From the NCBI GenBank assembly GCA_003614675.1, contig ML002425.1:1-32348 (forward strand): DNA of 32,348 nt, given 5' to 3'. Source of the DNA: Dimargaris cristalligena (Eukaryota). Below the pieces are notes generated by a model. The model searched no databases and was not told where the DNA came from. It saw only the letters and a list, made by a program, of their open reading frames with translations. Below, in pieces: positions 1 to 12,343 of this stretch. Numbering within the stretch: position 1 is the stretch's first letter; every line of letters begins with the position of its first letter. A program made the translations under genes and the position numbers.

Positions 1-47
1 CAGTCGGGCCAGGGGCAGTATGAATGCAGGGGTATCATCCGGTCAGG

Positions 48-143
48 GGGGGGGGCTACTATACTCATCAGGGGCATACTTCCAATAAGTGCGAAAAATG
101 GATTAAAAATAAAAGTAGGTAAAAAATGTGGTAAGGTCACCAC
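48..143 (+). repeat. Dispersed repeat fragment, direct copy of ~4157-4248
   Basis: ggggctactatactcatcaggggcatacttccaataagtgcgaaaaatggattaaaaataaaagtaggtaaa aligns with ggggctcatttactcatctggggtgtacttctgatatgtgcaaaaagtagataaaaaataaaaataggtaaa. Reciprocal CA/TG differences point to ancestral CpGs. Confidence 0.8.
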
Positions 144-440
144 AATAGCCTTCATGATATAGTGGGAATTGGTAAGAATGGTTGTGGGTGATCTATAAGT
201 AGGAAAATGAAAACAGTAAATATATTTTGACAAAATAGTCAACTCACAATGATGTAATAAAATAAAGGGGATTTAAATAGCTGTTGTATAATCGTGAATG
301 TAGTAAATAAAATAATTTATAGCCATCAATAGTTTCATGAACCGAAACAATGGTATTTGTCTAAATTCGCTGGGATTCACCTGGTACAATGCTGTGTAAA
401 AGGTGTGTAAAGCCTTCTGGTTATAAATTCAATGTGAACG

Positions 441-715
441 ATTCTTGGCGAGGATTCCAAATGGTGTTCAACACTGTCATGGGCATGGCCGGAATTACCA
501 AGACTATGTGCTTTACTAATTTACGGACAAGGCATGTAAAGCACACATAGTCTCCCAACAAGGACAGGCCACAGCCTTTGAAAAACTTGAGGGGCGTACC
601 AGTCATGAACCTCATTTTTGAAAGCTTCTCAATTTCAATACCGATAGTTAACAAAGAACACGATCAAAATGAAAGGCACCTTCGGTCTTGTTCAGGATAT
701 TCATCATATATCCAC
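441..715 (+). repeat. Dispersed repeat (decayed coding-like sequence), direct copy of ~2829-3100
   Basis: attcttggcgaggattccaaatggtgttcaacactgtcatggg...gctttactaat...aaggacaggccaca matches attcttagtaaagattccaaatggtgtttaatactaccatagg...gctttactaat...aaggataggccaca at a constant offset of ~2388 nt. Confidence 0.8.
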
Positions 716-2239
716 CTATTGTTCTCCTGTGATTTCTTTTTCCAAGTAAAACAGCCCTAGCCCACTTGGATCCGCAAAGTTACCATTTCAAACAGTGTAC
801 CCCTACTGAATTTTTAATAATAAACGTATGTATAAAAGGCATTAATTTTCTCCCTATTTATCCATCAATTATCTTTCATTCGAACGCTTCCATACAATGC
901 AAATGTCAAACTCCGTTCTCCAACTCCTAATTCCTTGCGGTCCTATAGGCAACCAGGGGCCGCACTCTGCAGTATTGCAGACTTTAAATCCAAATATTTC
1001 CCCCAACCATAAAAAGGGGCGTAAGTCCCCCAAGAGATCTTGGTGGGATTTCTCAGATTTCACCAGAGCATCCCCCCGTATCCCCCAGGAGGGTGGTACC
1101 CCCCCTCCCCCATCTGACCCAGAGTGAAATACCAATAATCGCCTGGGATAGAGGGTTTCTATTAATTAGAATATATGTAGCGTGTTATTGCTATTGCATG
1201 TATTTTGATTGATAGCTTTTACTGATAAGGAACTTCCACCATTTTATACAGATGTGGTTTCATCTAGTGGAATACTCCTTATTTTTTAAGCCCATATCAA
1301 TATATTTTAAGTGGTATTGGGCACTTGGGCCCAATTAATGAATCTATGCCGAAACTATTCAAGAAGCAGGAAAAAGCCTGGTGGCTGAGTCCATCAAGTA
1401 ATTCATGGCAGCGGAAATGAGCTTGGTTTTGTTAATAAGTAATTGTGTCTCTTGAATAGATAGCAGCACCTGGCTCTGGTTGAATTAAAAATTGTTTGGA
1501 ACCACCAGTGGTCTCATTTTTCCCTATCCACTTCAATAAAGCCTCTCTTCACCCCAATGTTGATTGAAATCACAATCCACAGGTGATTGTAAACAATAAA
1601 AATTCTTTTCAACTAGCCCAAAACAATGGGCTTTTCCCATTTACTAATAAAATTCAGTTCATTACATCTATATTTCAACTTTTATATTGACTGGGTATTG
1701 AGCATACACTTAGTTTACTGGATGTCAGTAAATATATTCACACTTTTATTTTGAGACCGAATATGGCAATACAGAACAGGGCCCATGACCATTGATGTAA
1801 TGGGGTGGGGGGTGTTAAGGGGCTATAATCAATTTTTTGGAGTTGGCTACGGAAAATGTGGCACAACTATCACTAGCCGCAGACAAGATAACTGTTAGGT
1901 AATACAGCACACCATGCTACTTTGGCCCAGACCCTATGCAAATACCAGAAGGTGCTGTTTTTCATGAACTGGCATAACACTTATCAAATGTAAGAGCCAT
2001 ATACTGAAAGAGGTATTTATTAGTAATATTGTTGTAGATCAGGCATATCCCATCATCAGAATTGCATGGAAACCTGCTTTCAGAATATTAGAGCTTAGCA
2101 TGAGTGTGGATTATTTTGGTAAAAAATGAAGTATCTGTTCAATAGGGTGGGGCTCATTGGATAAACAGCAAGGCACTCCCTATTTTCTAGTCTAAATTTT
2201 ATTCATAATTTTATATTGATGGATTACATTTCTCTTATT

Positions 2240-2824
2240 TTACCCAGGTGGATTACTCTTAGTCTATTATGAGTCCTGAGGATAGACTTCTAATGGTAGG
2301 TAGGGTCTAAGCTCAGCAAAGCTTTTATTATTATTAGATATAGAGGTAGGATATTAACTAATAAGGGCTAGAGGTGATATATATTTAAGGGATATACAGG
2401 GGGTACATTTACTAATCAGTATATGAGGATAAGTGTATATAGAATTTATTAGATAAATAAGGGGTAGGAATAAGCTAAGGAGCTAACAGGTCCCAGTAGG
2501 GCCCTATTATATATATACATAGGGATAACTCCAGTAGAAGCTCCTATGAGAGAGAATACTAGTAAGACTAATGGATAGGTAAATAGACCAACCAGATAGC
2601 AATTAGTATCTGGAAAACTCTGATGGTAACTGGAAGAGAATTTGGATCAGCATATAAGTAATTAGTATAAAGGGTAGAGTCCAGGTAGCAGAAAGGTTAT
2701 ATTATGATGAAGGATAGTCCCATAGTATTGGGCTTTACTATGGGAAAGCCAATATGGCATATTAAGGCCCAATGTAGTCAGGAGGCCAACTAGCTAGATT
2801 AAGGTAGATTAGGTGAGTTGATAG
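2240..2824 (-). mobile_element. LTR-like repeat copy 1 (inverted relative to copies 2 and 3)
   Basis: Reverse complement of 2240-2300 matches 4043-4103 at 50/61 nt, and 9 of the 11 differences are transitions. Similarity continues to ~2824 vs ~3521. Confidence 0.75.
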
Positions 2825-2828
2825 GTTA

Positions 2829-3100
2829 ATTCTTAGTAAAGATTCCAAATGGTGTTTAATACTACCATAGGTATATATGGAATTATCAAGGCTATATGCT
2901 TTACTAATCCACAGATAAGTAGTCTTAATTATTCACAGTAATGTACAAAGGATAGGCCACAAACTTCTAGAAATTTAGGTAGCATGCTAGTTAAAAGTCT
3001 CCACTTTCAATACTTCCCAATACCAATACTGGCTGCTAAAAAAGGGTATGATGAATGTGTAAGGCTCTTCTAGGCCTGTTTCAGACATTCATTTAACCCC
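2829..3100 (+). repeat. More decayed copy of the 441-715 repeat
   Basis: Colinear with 441-715 and carries extra C>T/G>A changes. It starts directly after LTR-like copy 1. Confidence 0.75.
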
Positions 3101-3504
3101 ATATCCCATCCCCCCAGCTGGTTATTTTAGAAATATTCTATTATGTCCAATGAGGTATTTACAATTATTAGAGTTGATAGTTTATCAGTATCTTCAATGT
3201 ATAAGTATATAATATAACTATTGATACACTCCAAATTATTAACTAAATCTTTTATCATTCAATAACTAATACAATTACACTATTAAAGAGCCATTTATTT
3301 CTTATTGTAAGCAACATTTCAAGTGAATGGTGATCGTCCCTTACATAATCATAGGGCAATATTATTCCACTTTACACCTGCCAAGATAATACACATGATT
3401 ATATAGTATAATAATACAGAGATACTGTATTTTACAGCTGCAAGGCTTCCCATCTTCCACAGGAAGGGGTATTATCCCCCTATAGCCCCTTTAAGTCAAG
3501 AGAG

Positions 3505-4105
3505 TGTAACTGCAAAAGGGCTATCAGACTATCTAATCTGCCTTAATCCAGACACATTAGTGTCCATCTCTATTAGGCCTTATAATACCATATTAACCTT
3601 CCCATGGTCACCTCTGGTACTATGGGATCACCCTCTATCATATAACCATTCCCCTTCTGGACTCTTCCTCTTTGTACTAATCACTCAAGTGCTGATCCAA
3701 AGACTCTTCCAGCTACCAGTAGAGTCTTCCAAGTCCTTGCAGCTATCTGGTTGGCCTATTTACCCTAGCCTAGTCTCAGTAACATCCTTCCCCTAGGACC
3801 TCCCTCTGGAGTTGTCCCTGTGTATATATAACTGGGCCCCCATTGGGATCAGTTAGGTCCCTTATCTTATTCTTACCCCCCTGATTTACCCCTAATAAAC
3901 CCTATATATACTCACTTACCCCATACTAACTAGTAAGTATACCTGCTGCATATCCCTTGCCTATACCTGTACTTAGCCTTTATTAGTTAGTACTACACCT
4001 ATACCTAATGCTAGCAACTTGCTTGGCTGAGACTAAGCCCTGCCTACCATTAGAAGCCTATCCTTAGGACTCTTGGTAGATTAAGAGTAGTTAACTTAGG
4101 TAATA
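3505..4105 (+). mobile_element. LTR-like repeat copy 2 (probable solo LTR, ~600 bp)
   Basis: Starts TGTAAC (3505) and ends GGTAATA (4105), which could be a deaminated GGTAACA. Contains internal TATATATAA and AATAAA, and has three copies in the window. No target-site duplication was found, so the LTR identity is inferred. Confidence 0.6.
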
Positions 4106-4156
4106 ATTACTAATAAAAATGAAGTAAAAATGACTATGCTCATTAGGGGTAGTGGC

Positions 4157-4248
4157 AGGGGCTCATTTACTCATCTGGGGTGTACTTCTGATATGTGCAA
4201 AAAGTAGATAAAAAATAAAAATAGGTAAAGATATAGTAAGTTTACTAT
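4157..4248 (+). repeat. Dispersed repeat fragment, direct copy of ~48-143
   Basis: See the 48-143 alignment. Sits between LTR-like copies 2 and 3. Confidence 0.75.
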
Positions 4249-4249
4249 A

Positions 4250-4585
4250 CCTACCCTATTAGTCTTAGCAGTATCTCACTTGGAATAGGCCCTCTGGAGT
4301 TATCCCTACAAATATATAATGGGCCCCCACTGTGATCTATTAGTACCTTAGCTTATTCTTACCCCTAATATACCCACAATAATCTCTATATATACTCACC
4401 CCATAAACTAACTAGTAAGTATGCCTCCCTGCATGTCCCTTATATATACATTACATCTTACCTTTATTAGTTAGTACTATACCTATACCCAATATTAGTA
4501 ACCCTTTAGATAAGCCTAAGCCTCACCTACCATTGGAAATCTATCTCCAGGATTCTTAATAGACTAAAAGTGGCCAACCTGTACA
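4250..4585 (+). mobile_element. LTR-like repeat copy 3 (5'-truncated)
   Basis: Direct repeat of ~3760-4100. Shared blocks include ccctctggagtt, cttattcttacccc, ctaactagtaagtat, cctttattagttagtacta and cctaccatt. Confidence 0.75.
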
Positions 4586-5935
4586 GTATTGAGTAATTAT
4601 TTATATTATTTAGTATTCCCTCCTAGACAACCCTAATTAATCATTAGTATATAGAAATGCCCTACCCATATTATAATCTGTTAGTACTTTAGCTTATATA
4701 TATACTTATTTTTCTATTAAAACTATATAAATTCACACTTTTGATAATGTAACTATTGAACTAGGCAGGCTACTTAGAACTTAGACTGACACCTAGCCCT
4801 ACTAATGTGAGTGCCTTAATGATTCTATATATGATAATTATACTGCCATAGGCAGGGATGGGATTTTGTATCCATGGGTAGGCACAGGTGTCAGGTGTTG
4901 CTATGCTTATCCATCATAAGGATGGTATGATGGTCCACAGCTCCAGGCAACTCTCCCATGCAAACAGCCTGAGATGTTAATTGTTTTTCCTCTGAATTCA
5001 GTGGTAGACTTTTGCCTCAGTTGGATTTTCCTTAATTTTGCCTTCATGAAACCTAAAAGTTAATTCCACTTAGTGGCAAGTGTGAGCAAGGGAATTATCC
5101 TTGAGGAGAACAATATGGTGGTGTTGTCTTCTGTTCCCTCTCATCTTACAATTTAACCTTATATCACGACTACTCAGTAGATCCAAGGTGGGTTCTAATT
5201 TCTACAATGTTTCCTAATACACAATGCTGAGGATCCAAGTCCTAAAGTGTTTGGCTAGTTTTCTCCCTCTGTAGTTTTATAGCTGAACTACTTTGACTAA
5301 CCTCTGCTGCAATACCATTTTCACATATCTTCCTTCACATATATATAGTCTTATAGTTGGCTCTATTAGCTGGCAAGTTATCTTTGAGATAAGTTTTTAT
5401 TATTCAGAATAGATATCCATCCTTAACTTCACCCAGCATTTTACCCAATATCAGATGAAGACTTCAACTGGAAGTCAATTTACATATTATTCTTTCTATT
5501 TACCTTATTTTCTCTATAACTAGTTTATTAACATGTAGTCACTGTGGCTCCTCCAGTTCTTAATTCCAATGATGGGAGTTTAGGATTGATTTATTTAGAA
5601 TACTTTCCACCTTATCTGAGTTCCTACTCAAATAGTAGTTCCAATCTTCTTTGCCAAATGGAAGGTCCATTTCCCGAGTTCCCCATGTTCCTCCCAGGTA
5701 CCAACCCCTCAAGCCCAATGTCTAGTGAACCTACCATTCCAGGAGAAGTGAAGGAGAATCCCTCCAGCTCTTTCCTCAACATGGGAGCCCCTCAAAACAT
5801 CAGCAGAACAACAATCACCAATCACTTTGCAAGTAACAATTAGTTTCCACCCCAGTCAACTAACTAAAGAACAAGAAATATATATTATAAATTAATATGC
5901 AATGTCCTAAACTTCTTATATCTTAGTATTATTTT

Positions 5936-6232
5936 TTATATATTCTTGAAAAGCCCCCCCCCCCCTCTCACAGAATTGTAGCTATTTAGCTCCACTAAGC
6001 CTGTAACATCTGGAACAGAATGGTCAAAGTTGTTATTTAAATATCCTGATTTATTGTCAGAAACTCCTGATAGGTATTCTACTAAATCATATAGGTGAAA
6101 TGTGGCCCAGCTGTATAAGGTTTTAAATGATATGTGTATGGGATAATACATGGGAGATTTATTTTTAACCAGTAATATTCACTTCATCTAATGGATTTTT
6201 TGTTATACAGCTTGGTTGAACCTCTCCCATAT
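5936..6232 (-). pseudogene. Decayed coding fragment of an unidentified multicopy gene/TE family
   Basis: 6232-6089 (-) aligns without gaps to 29040-29183 (+) at 111/144 nt by hand count. It reads IWERFNQAV*QKIH*MK*ILLVKNKSPMYYPIHISFKTLY. Confidence 0.65.
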
Positions 6233-7812
6233 GTTTCCCTTACTAGCAAGCCTAAAGTAATAAATATTACATTATTTGGCCTGCCACATGATAATTTTCA
6301 GAAAGAGTTACTCATGTGCCTCTTGGTAACATCCCTATTTCAATATTGAATATTTTATGACACGGCTTCTGAGATGCACATTCTAAAAATCTGGACCACC
6401 TACTAATCCGGTCCATCATTGAGAACAGCTAAACGCCTTGGTAGTTAATATTTTCCTATTATTAACGTACACTTACTTATAAAGAGGTATTCGGCATACG
6501 AGCCATAGGGATCCACGATATCTATACCCAAGAGTCTTTCCACAGCTATTTTTTAGTATACCATATACTATTATTACCCCATTTCCAACTCAACGGTCAT
6601 TAAACTGCAGTTTATGTATTTTTTTTAGTGGTCCGCCCCCCCAACCCAAAAGCATTATATCTCCATCAGCTTCACCTCGGCGACAACTTATAATTGGTTT
6701 AGATCAATACATTATATAAATAAAGGGACGGTTGTTGCTTTCCGATCACGAAGGACATTTCCCCGCCTTTTTTGTTCTCACCCATGTCCCTTCCGAATCC
6801 GAGATATTATACGGCAGTTATTCTCAGAACCTGTTCAGAATTATTTCCAGTTATGAGGAATAGGTCTACCGGGTGGCTCTTCCAAATGAGGTGGGCTATG
6901 CAGTTTATTTGGAAACGTTAGCATCACCCTTACAGCTAAACTCCATCTTTATTGACCAAGAACAATAGTTCAATATAGGGCTGGTCGGCCTTGTAAACCA
7001 CCTTTTCCCCCTTATGTGTTCTCTTTTTTTGGTTGAGGTTCTGCCATTCTGACCCCCTTACATCACACCTGTTCTCCCCCTGTGCTGCGCGCGGTTCCTT
7101 TTTTCCTGTACTTTCCTTTTAATTCAGTTTTTTTTGTCCATATTATACCAACTAGCTCGCTGGTCCCCCTCATTATGTACCAAATAAGTTAATAAAGCAC
7201 GTCTCTTCCTGCCGAAGACTGCTTGCATTTTCCTCTAGGCTAGATCCCCCAGTCGACCCCGATGATGGGGGAGTCGTCGGACCACTTCGCGAGAATTGGA
7301 ATACTAAGGGTGATTGGAATTGGGTATGATCGCATTCTACCAGAACATAAAACCTTGAATCCATTTTGATTTTCACACACTCGTTTGAGAAGGAGTGTGA
7401 CTAAACAATAGCTGTATGCCGGTCTCCGCAGCATGGTATGCATAGACCTTCGGGTAATGGATGCTACCTGTCCTCCGCATTCTACATCCATCGTTTACCA
7501 GGAACTGGCCATATAATAGCATCCATTACGGTCGCCGGATTCTGAAATCAACATTAAACCACTAGTTCGCCAGCTTTTTTTATCCGATATTATCCACTTT
7601 TCCCTATGCGTGCTGCTGTCTGTCGACCATTGTCTCTTTAATCTACAAGGCTTTCGTTTGGCTTTACCATTCGACCCGTAGCATAGACTCTACGAGCCCA
7701 GCGTTGTCTATACCTACTTGCTCGTGACTTTTAATTTGGTATAAACCTATAAAAAACACATCATCTTATCCATTTATTCCGTATTTCCTACTTGTCGGGC
7801 CTTTTACAAGCT

Positions 7813-10797
7813 ATGGATAAGCCTTTCACTGACACCACCCCCACCATGGTAGTCACGCTTAAGCTGGCCGAGCATTGGTGGGAAGGTGCCATTTTGGCGG
7901 TCGGCTTGGCCCTGCTATCTCAGGTATCTCCTCCTGACGGTTTCCGTATGCATCCGACGGGGATGGCCTTGGTCTACATCACTATCCTCGCTATTTTAAT
8001 TGCGCGTCGCTACCGCTTGGGCCACCACTTGATCAGACCACATCAAAGAGAAGGTAAGACCATATCTGACCAAGCAAAGATAAATAGCAAATATATCACC
8101 CCACTCCACAATTCAAATTGCTTAAAAATTCTAACTTATATTGTATTATCTGACATACATCAATTATATATTCTTTATTGTAGAAGCTTGGATGATTTCT
8201 TATAAATTCTATAGTCAACCGACTGGTCCTGGGATGTCCTGGCTATACACCATCCAAAGAGTAATATGGATAGTATTCATATCCATGTATATCGAGGCCA
8301 CTGCGGTTATAATCGCCGTGTACGCCGACCCTGCCTCGCCGACAGACTGGCATCCCTGGCTCACCTCGGCAATAATTCAACAGGCCACTCTTGCCTTCAC
8401 CGTCGGGGTTTACTATTTCCTGTACTCCGAGGCCGATGCTCAGTCCATTATCCAAAAGAAGTCCGGTCTGCTTCCTCACTGGCTACAACTATGGGTCGTA
8501 GCGGTTGTTTTCCATGCCTGGGAGCTCTACCAGATTATACTGAGTAGCCGGCATCCCAACAATAGCCCCTTTGGCGCTGATTTATTTGCACATTACCTTA
8601 CATTAGGCATAGTAGTCATCAAGCTACTGTTGGCCATTTCCAGCGTAGCTATTCCACTCTTTACCATGTGGTACCACGCTGTGGGGATTTTCTCAGCGGC
8701 CAACTCGCCCCATGACCCAAGGACGTCAGAGGCCGAGAAGGAAGAATCTGTTTTGACGAACAAAAATCCCGAGGATGCCCCTCCTCCCCATTACTCAGTG
8801 TGGGTGGTCTACACCCGAACACTTCGTATTATTTGCAGTCAGGTGCTCACTTTGGATGTTCCCACAGCCTTTCGATTGGCATTGAGCTGGATGTTGGAGT
8901 TCTTTTTACAGTGGGCCCGGGCCTTTAAACCGAGTTGTTATAAGAGCCTTCTCGACTCGCTGTCTAATCGCGAATTGGCCTTCCCCGCTTTAGCCGCGTA
9001 CAGCGTGGCCAGTATATTCAACAGAATGGCCAGTGCGACATTGAGGCGGTATGGCCACCGCTCTTCCACTATACGGTCGTTTATTCTATCAAAGTGCAGT
9101 GTGTTCATGTACTCAATCACGCAGGCCAAGTCAATGCGGTTTCACGCGGAAAGTTCCAACCACAGACTGACCTATACATACTCTGACGCTACCAGAGGTC
9201 TGTACGGATTTGTGGAGCTTTTTTTTGTTAAGTTAGGCCCCGCCCTGTTGGGGATGTTAATGACCATGTACCAGTTTCATTGGTTTTACAATCCTTACTT
9301 TATGCCTCTTTCGTTAGCCATGGGTCTATGGGAACTGGCCACAAAGACTGTGATTGCCCCAGTTATTAACATTGACCGATACTACTGCAGCCTTCAGCGG
9401 TCGCTCGAATCACGGGAGTACAATTCGGCCATCAAATCCTCCAACCTAGTGAAGCAGTATGCAGGGGAGCAGTTCCACATCGATAGGCACCTGGACTTCG
9501 TCACCAAGGGCGGGTATGTATCTGGGGTGGATGATTATACAGATAGGTGTATAACGTTCAAAGATATTCCCCGAATGGCCAAGAAGCTACTCCAATTTAT
9601 AGGCATCGTAATGTGTCTACGTCTGCTAGCCCGTGGTGAAATGAAATCCACCGACGTTCTGTTCTTCGTGTCCCATTTTCACGAAACCTATCGTCCCTTG
9701 ACTTATTTAGCCAATCTCATACGTGAAATCAGTCAAGTATCTGATGACTGTCGAGTCCTTCTACATCTCATTGACAATTACAATGATGTATGCGATCCCG
9801 ATGACGCACCTGCCAATTGGGATATTTATGGAGGGACCATCGAGTTTAAGGACGTATATTTCAGCTACAACCCGAAGCGCCCGATACTCAACGGAATCAG
9901 CTTTAAGGTCCAGGGCGGCACCACTACGGCAATTGTCGGCGAGACCGGAGGTGGTAAAACTACAATAGCGCACTTAATTGCGCGCCTTTACGACGTTAAC
10001 CAGGGAAGTGTCACCATTGACGGGGTTGATGTACGCCATGTAAAGCAAAAGGACCTCCGCAAGTCCATCTCGATTGTGCCGCAGGTAAATTACTGGTGAT
10101 GTAAATAATGGATATATTTGTCAAATTTTCTATAATCTTCTTTTAATTTGAAATTTCCTAATCCCAACCTGCCCAACTGCATACTTTATGCTTGAACTGT
10201 ACTTTCCCCAAACATTCCCCGTCTGCTTTCGATCTATTTGCCCGACTCGTAAACTCGGATTGGAAGAATGCCAAAATGTTGTATACAACCATCCGGCATA
10301 ACATTCAGTACGGGACAGCTTCCACCAACATGAGTGCCACATTGGAAGATGTCCACGAAGCCGCTCGTAAGGCACAAATTCATGATAAGATTATATCCCT
10401 TCCAAATGGCTATGAGTCGGAAATTTACGGATCAGGCATTAGGTTTAGCGGTGGAGAAATGCAGCGCATCAATATTGCGCGGGGTTTGGTACGACCTAAC
10501 AAAATACTTCTTTTAGACGAAGCCACCTCGGCCCTGGACATGATTACCGAGCGGAAGGTCCAGGGGGCGCTCAGAGACGATAATCAGGGAAAAACATGCG
10601 TGGTCATTGCCCATCGCTTGTCGACCATTATTCACGCAGACCAGATTTTGGTTATCCGGGACAGAGGAATCGCCGAGCGGGGCACTTTTGCCCAGTTAAT
10701 TGCCTTACCCGACGGCATCTTCAGAGGGATGTGGGACTCCCAAATGAACATTTCCGAGGGATCCACTATCAAGACAGCCTCGGAAGCTCCCGTGTAG
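7813..10797 (+). CDS. Half-size ABCB transporter, HMT1/ABCB6/ATM1-like, ~890 aa; exons 7813-8053, 8184-10084, 10267-10797
   Basis: Walker A GETGGGKTT, Q-loop VPQ, signature FSGGEMQR, Walker B/D-loop ILLLDEATSALD and H-loop IAHRLSTI. A hydrophobic N-terminal extension precedes the core TMD. Both GT-AG introns join in frame, and VPQ|NAKMLYTTIRHNIQYG matches the family spacing. Start could instead be ATG 7846. Confidence 0.9.
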
Positions 10798-11831
10798 ATC
10801 GCTATCGAACCTGTTTATCCTGCTATTATATATTTTACTTTAACCAGCAGTGCTATTGTTGAAAAGTATGCCCCAGCGGGTAGATTATTATAACCTACTT
10901 CTGACCCTTTATCTTGGTTTATTTAGCTATTCTTTGTCCTCTCATTTTAGCCACTGAAGATGCCCCCTGCTAACTACACTATTCAAAAAAAAAACAGCCA
11001 CGTAGAGGTACTTACCTTCCTCTAGCTATTTTTTTCCTTTTACCCAGTTTTATTGACTTTTATTTAGTATTTCTAATAGGGGCACCTATTAGATTGCCCG
11101 AAGCCCGGGTCGTTACCCTGTCTGAACACTCTTTCAGTTGCCGGCGGCATATTCCTATACTTCCATTTGGATCCCCTTGAACACAATGACTTATATCAAA
11201 CGTTTACTTACACCCTTTTTTTATATGCCCCAGTAGTAAATCAAGGCAATACTGTATTGATGTCCACGTAGTAGGATTTCTAGTGCAGCACTAGGAGTTG
11301 CCACTGTCAAACTTATCAATTATGAACAACTGATAATGTTAATCTATGGGTGCCTGACTCATAGGTACTAGCTGGGGGTGAGTGTATAGGCATGTATTGA
11401 GACCAACTAGATGAATGCAAGCCAGTGAGTATCTTTTCATAGCCTGTGTGTGTGTTTAAACGTGCGGCCAATGCTAAATAGTTGCCCAAAATAGTATTGG
11501 TGGCACTGTAAGGTGTATACTATTATTCAGAGGAGTCGGAGGATCCATAGTAATGGTAGAGCGGTGGAGTCCGTTGAGTGTTAGTCAGGAACTGATAAAT
11601 GGTCACAATGGCACCGAGAGTTGCCAAGGGAGAAATACCACGACAACGAGCCGGCCTATCTAAGTAACGCCTAGGGCACAAAGACCCAGCTCAAATAGAG
11701 ACAATTGACTTGTGCGGAAGTTGTTAAGTAACGTTAGTACCGTGTTGCTTTAAGAGGCATTGGGAAGGGTGATATTTTGAGCAGGGCGAGATACGGCATA
11801 TGCCAAGGTATAATATACCCGCGAAGGAAGA

Positions 11832-12134
11832 CTACTGCCGTATAATCTTTTTGCCAATCCTTTTTGCTTTTTTCTTGACAATATGAGCGGTATCCTTCAT
11901 TTTCTCGGTGGCTCTTTCAGTTCGGGTCTTGGGTATATTCTCACTGGCCGAGATGCCCAGTATTGCGCCTGTCTCTGGGTCTTCATAAAACGCTTCCGAT
12001 TTGTATAAATGAAAACTTCGGCGAGCTAGGTGGTGAGTTGAGGGTTCAGTTGAAAATGCAGAACCTGGCTGGATCGGTCCTAAACCGAAGGTGACGGCAA
12101 GGGCAGCCAGAAATGGCTTCAGTCCGAGCAACAT
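11832..12134 (-). CDS. Small secreted protein (100 aa) with signal peptide, dibasic RR site and Lys/Arg-rich C-terminus
   Basis: ATG in accATG context, hydrophobic N-terminus MLLGLKPFLAALAVTFGLG, HHLARR|S Kex2-like site, and C-terminal KKKAKRIGKKIIRQ. A TATA-like element lies ~210 nt upstream. Confidence 0.7.
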   Translation of the reverse strand: MLLGLKPFLAALAVTFGLGPIQPGSAFSTEPSTHHLARRSFHLYKSEAFYEDPETGAILGISASENIPKTRTERATEKMKDTAHIVKKKAKRIGKKIIRQ

Positions 12135-12343
12135 GGTAATATTTAAAAATGTAAATATATGACTAATAGCTCAATACGAGTGGTAAAACTAAGAGCGAGT
12201 GTTAAACTGATTTATTTGAGGGATGGCAGATAAGTAGGTGATGTAGCATTTGAAAGAAACTTGCCAGATGTAAAATATAAACAAGTGGTTAGAGACTATT
12301 CGAAAATGAGCTGGGGTAAATCTGGAGAGCAAAGGGTAGTGGC

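Larger units (their letters stand above)
1..6360. mobile_element. Block of degenerate, nested transposon/repeat relics (AT-rich, CpG-depleted)
   Basis: No long ORFs, several internally repeated segments (listed separately), and only about 3 CpG dinucleotides seen by eye between ~1900 and ~6350. No RT, integrase or transposase motif was recognisable, so the families are unassigned. Confidence 0.75.

Noticed and set aside
4860-5843. Stop-riddled reading frames and a 99-aa Ser/Pro-rich ORF (5544-5843)
   Set aside because: Inside the CpG-free relic block with no recognisable gag/pol/transposase motif, so no gene or family was assigned.
6089-6232. Shared in-frame TAA/TAG suggesting stop-codon reassignment
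   Set aside because: Intact genes in the window end with TAA or TAG and contain none internally. C>T decay explains the stops.
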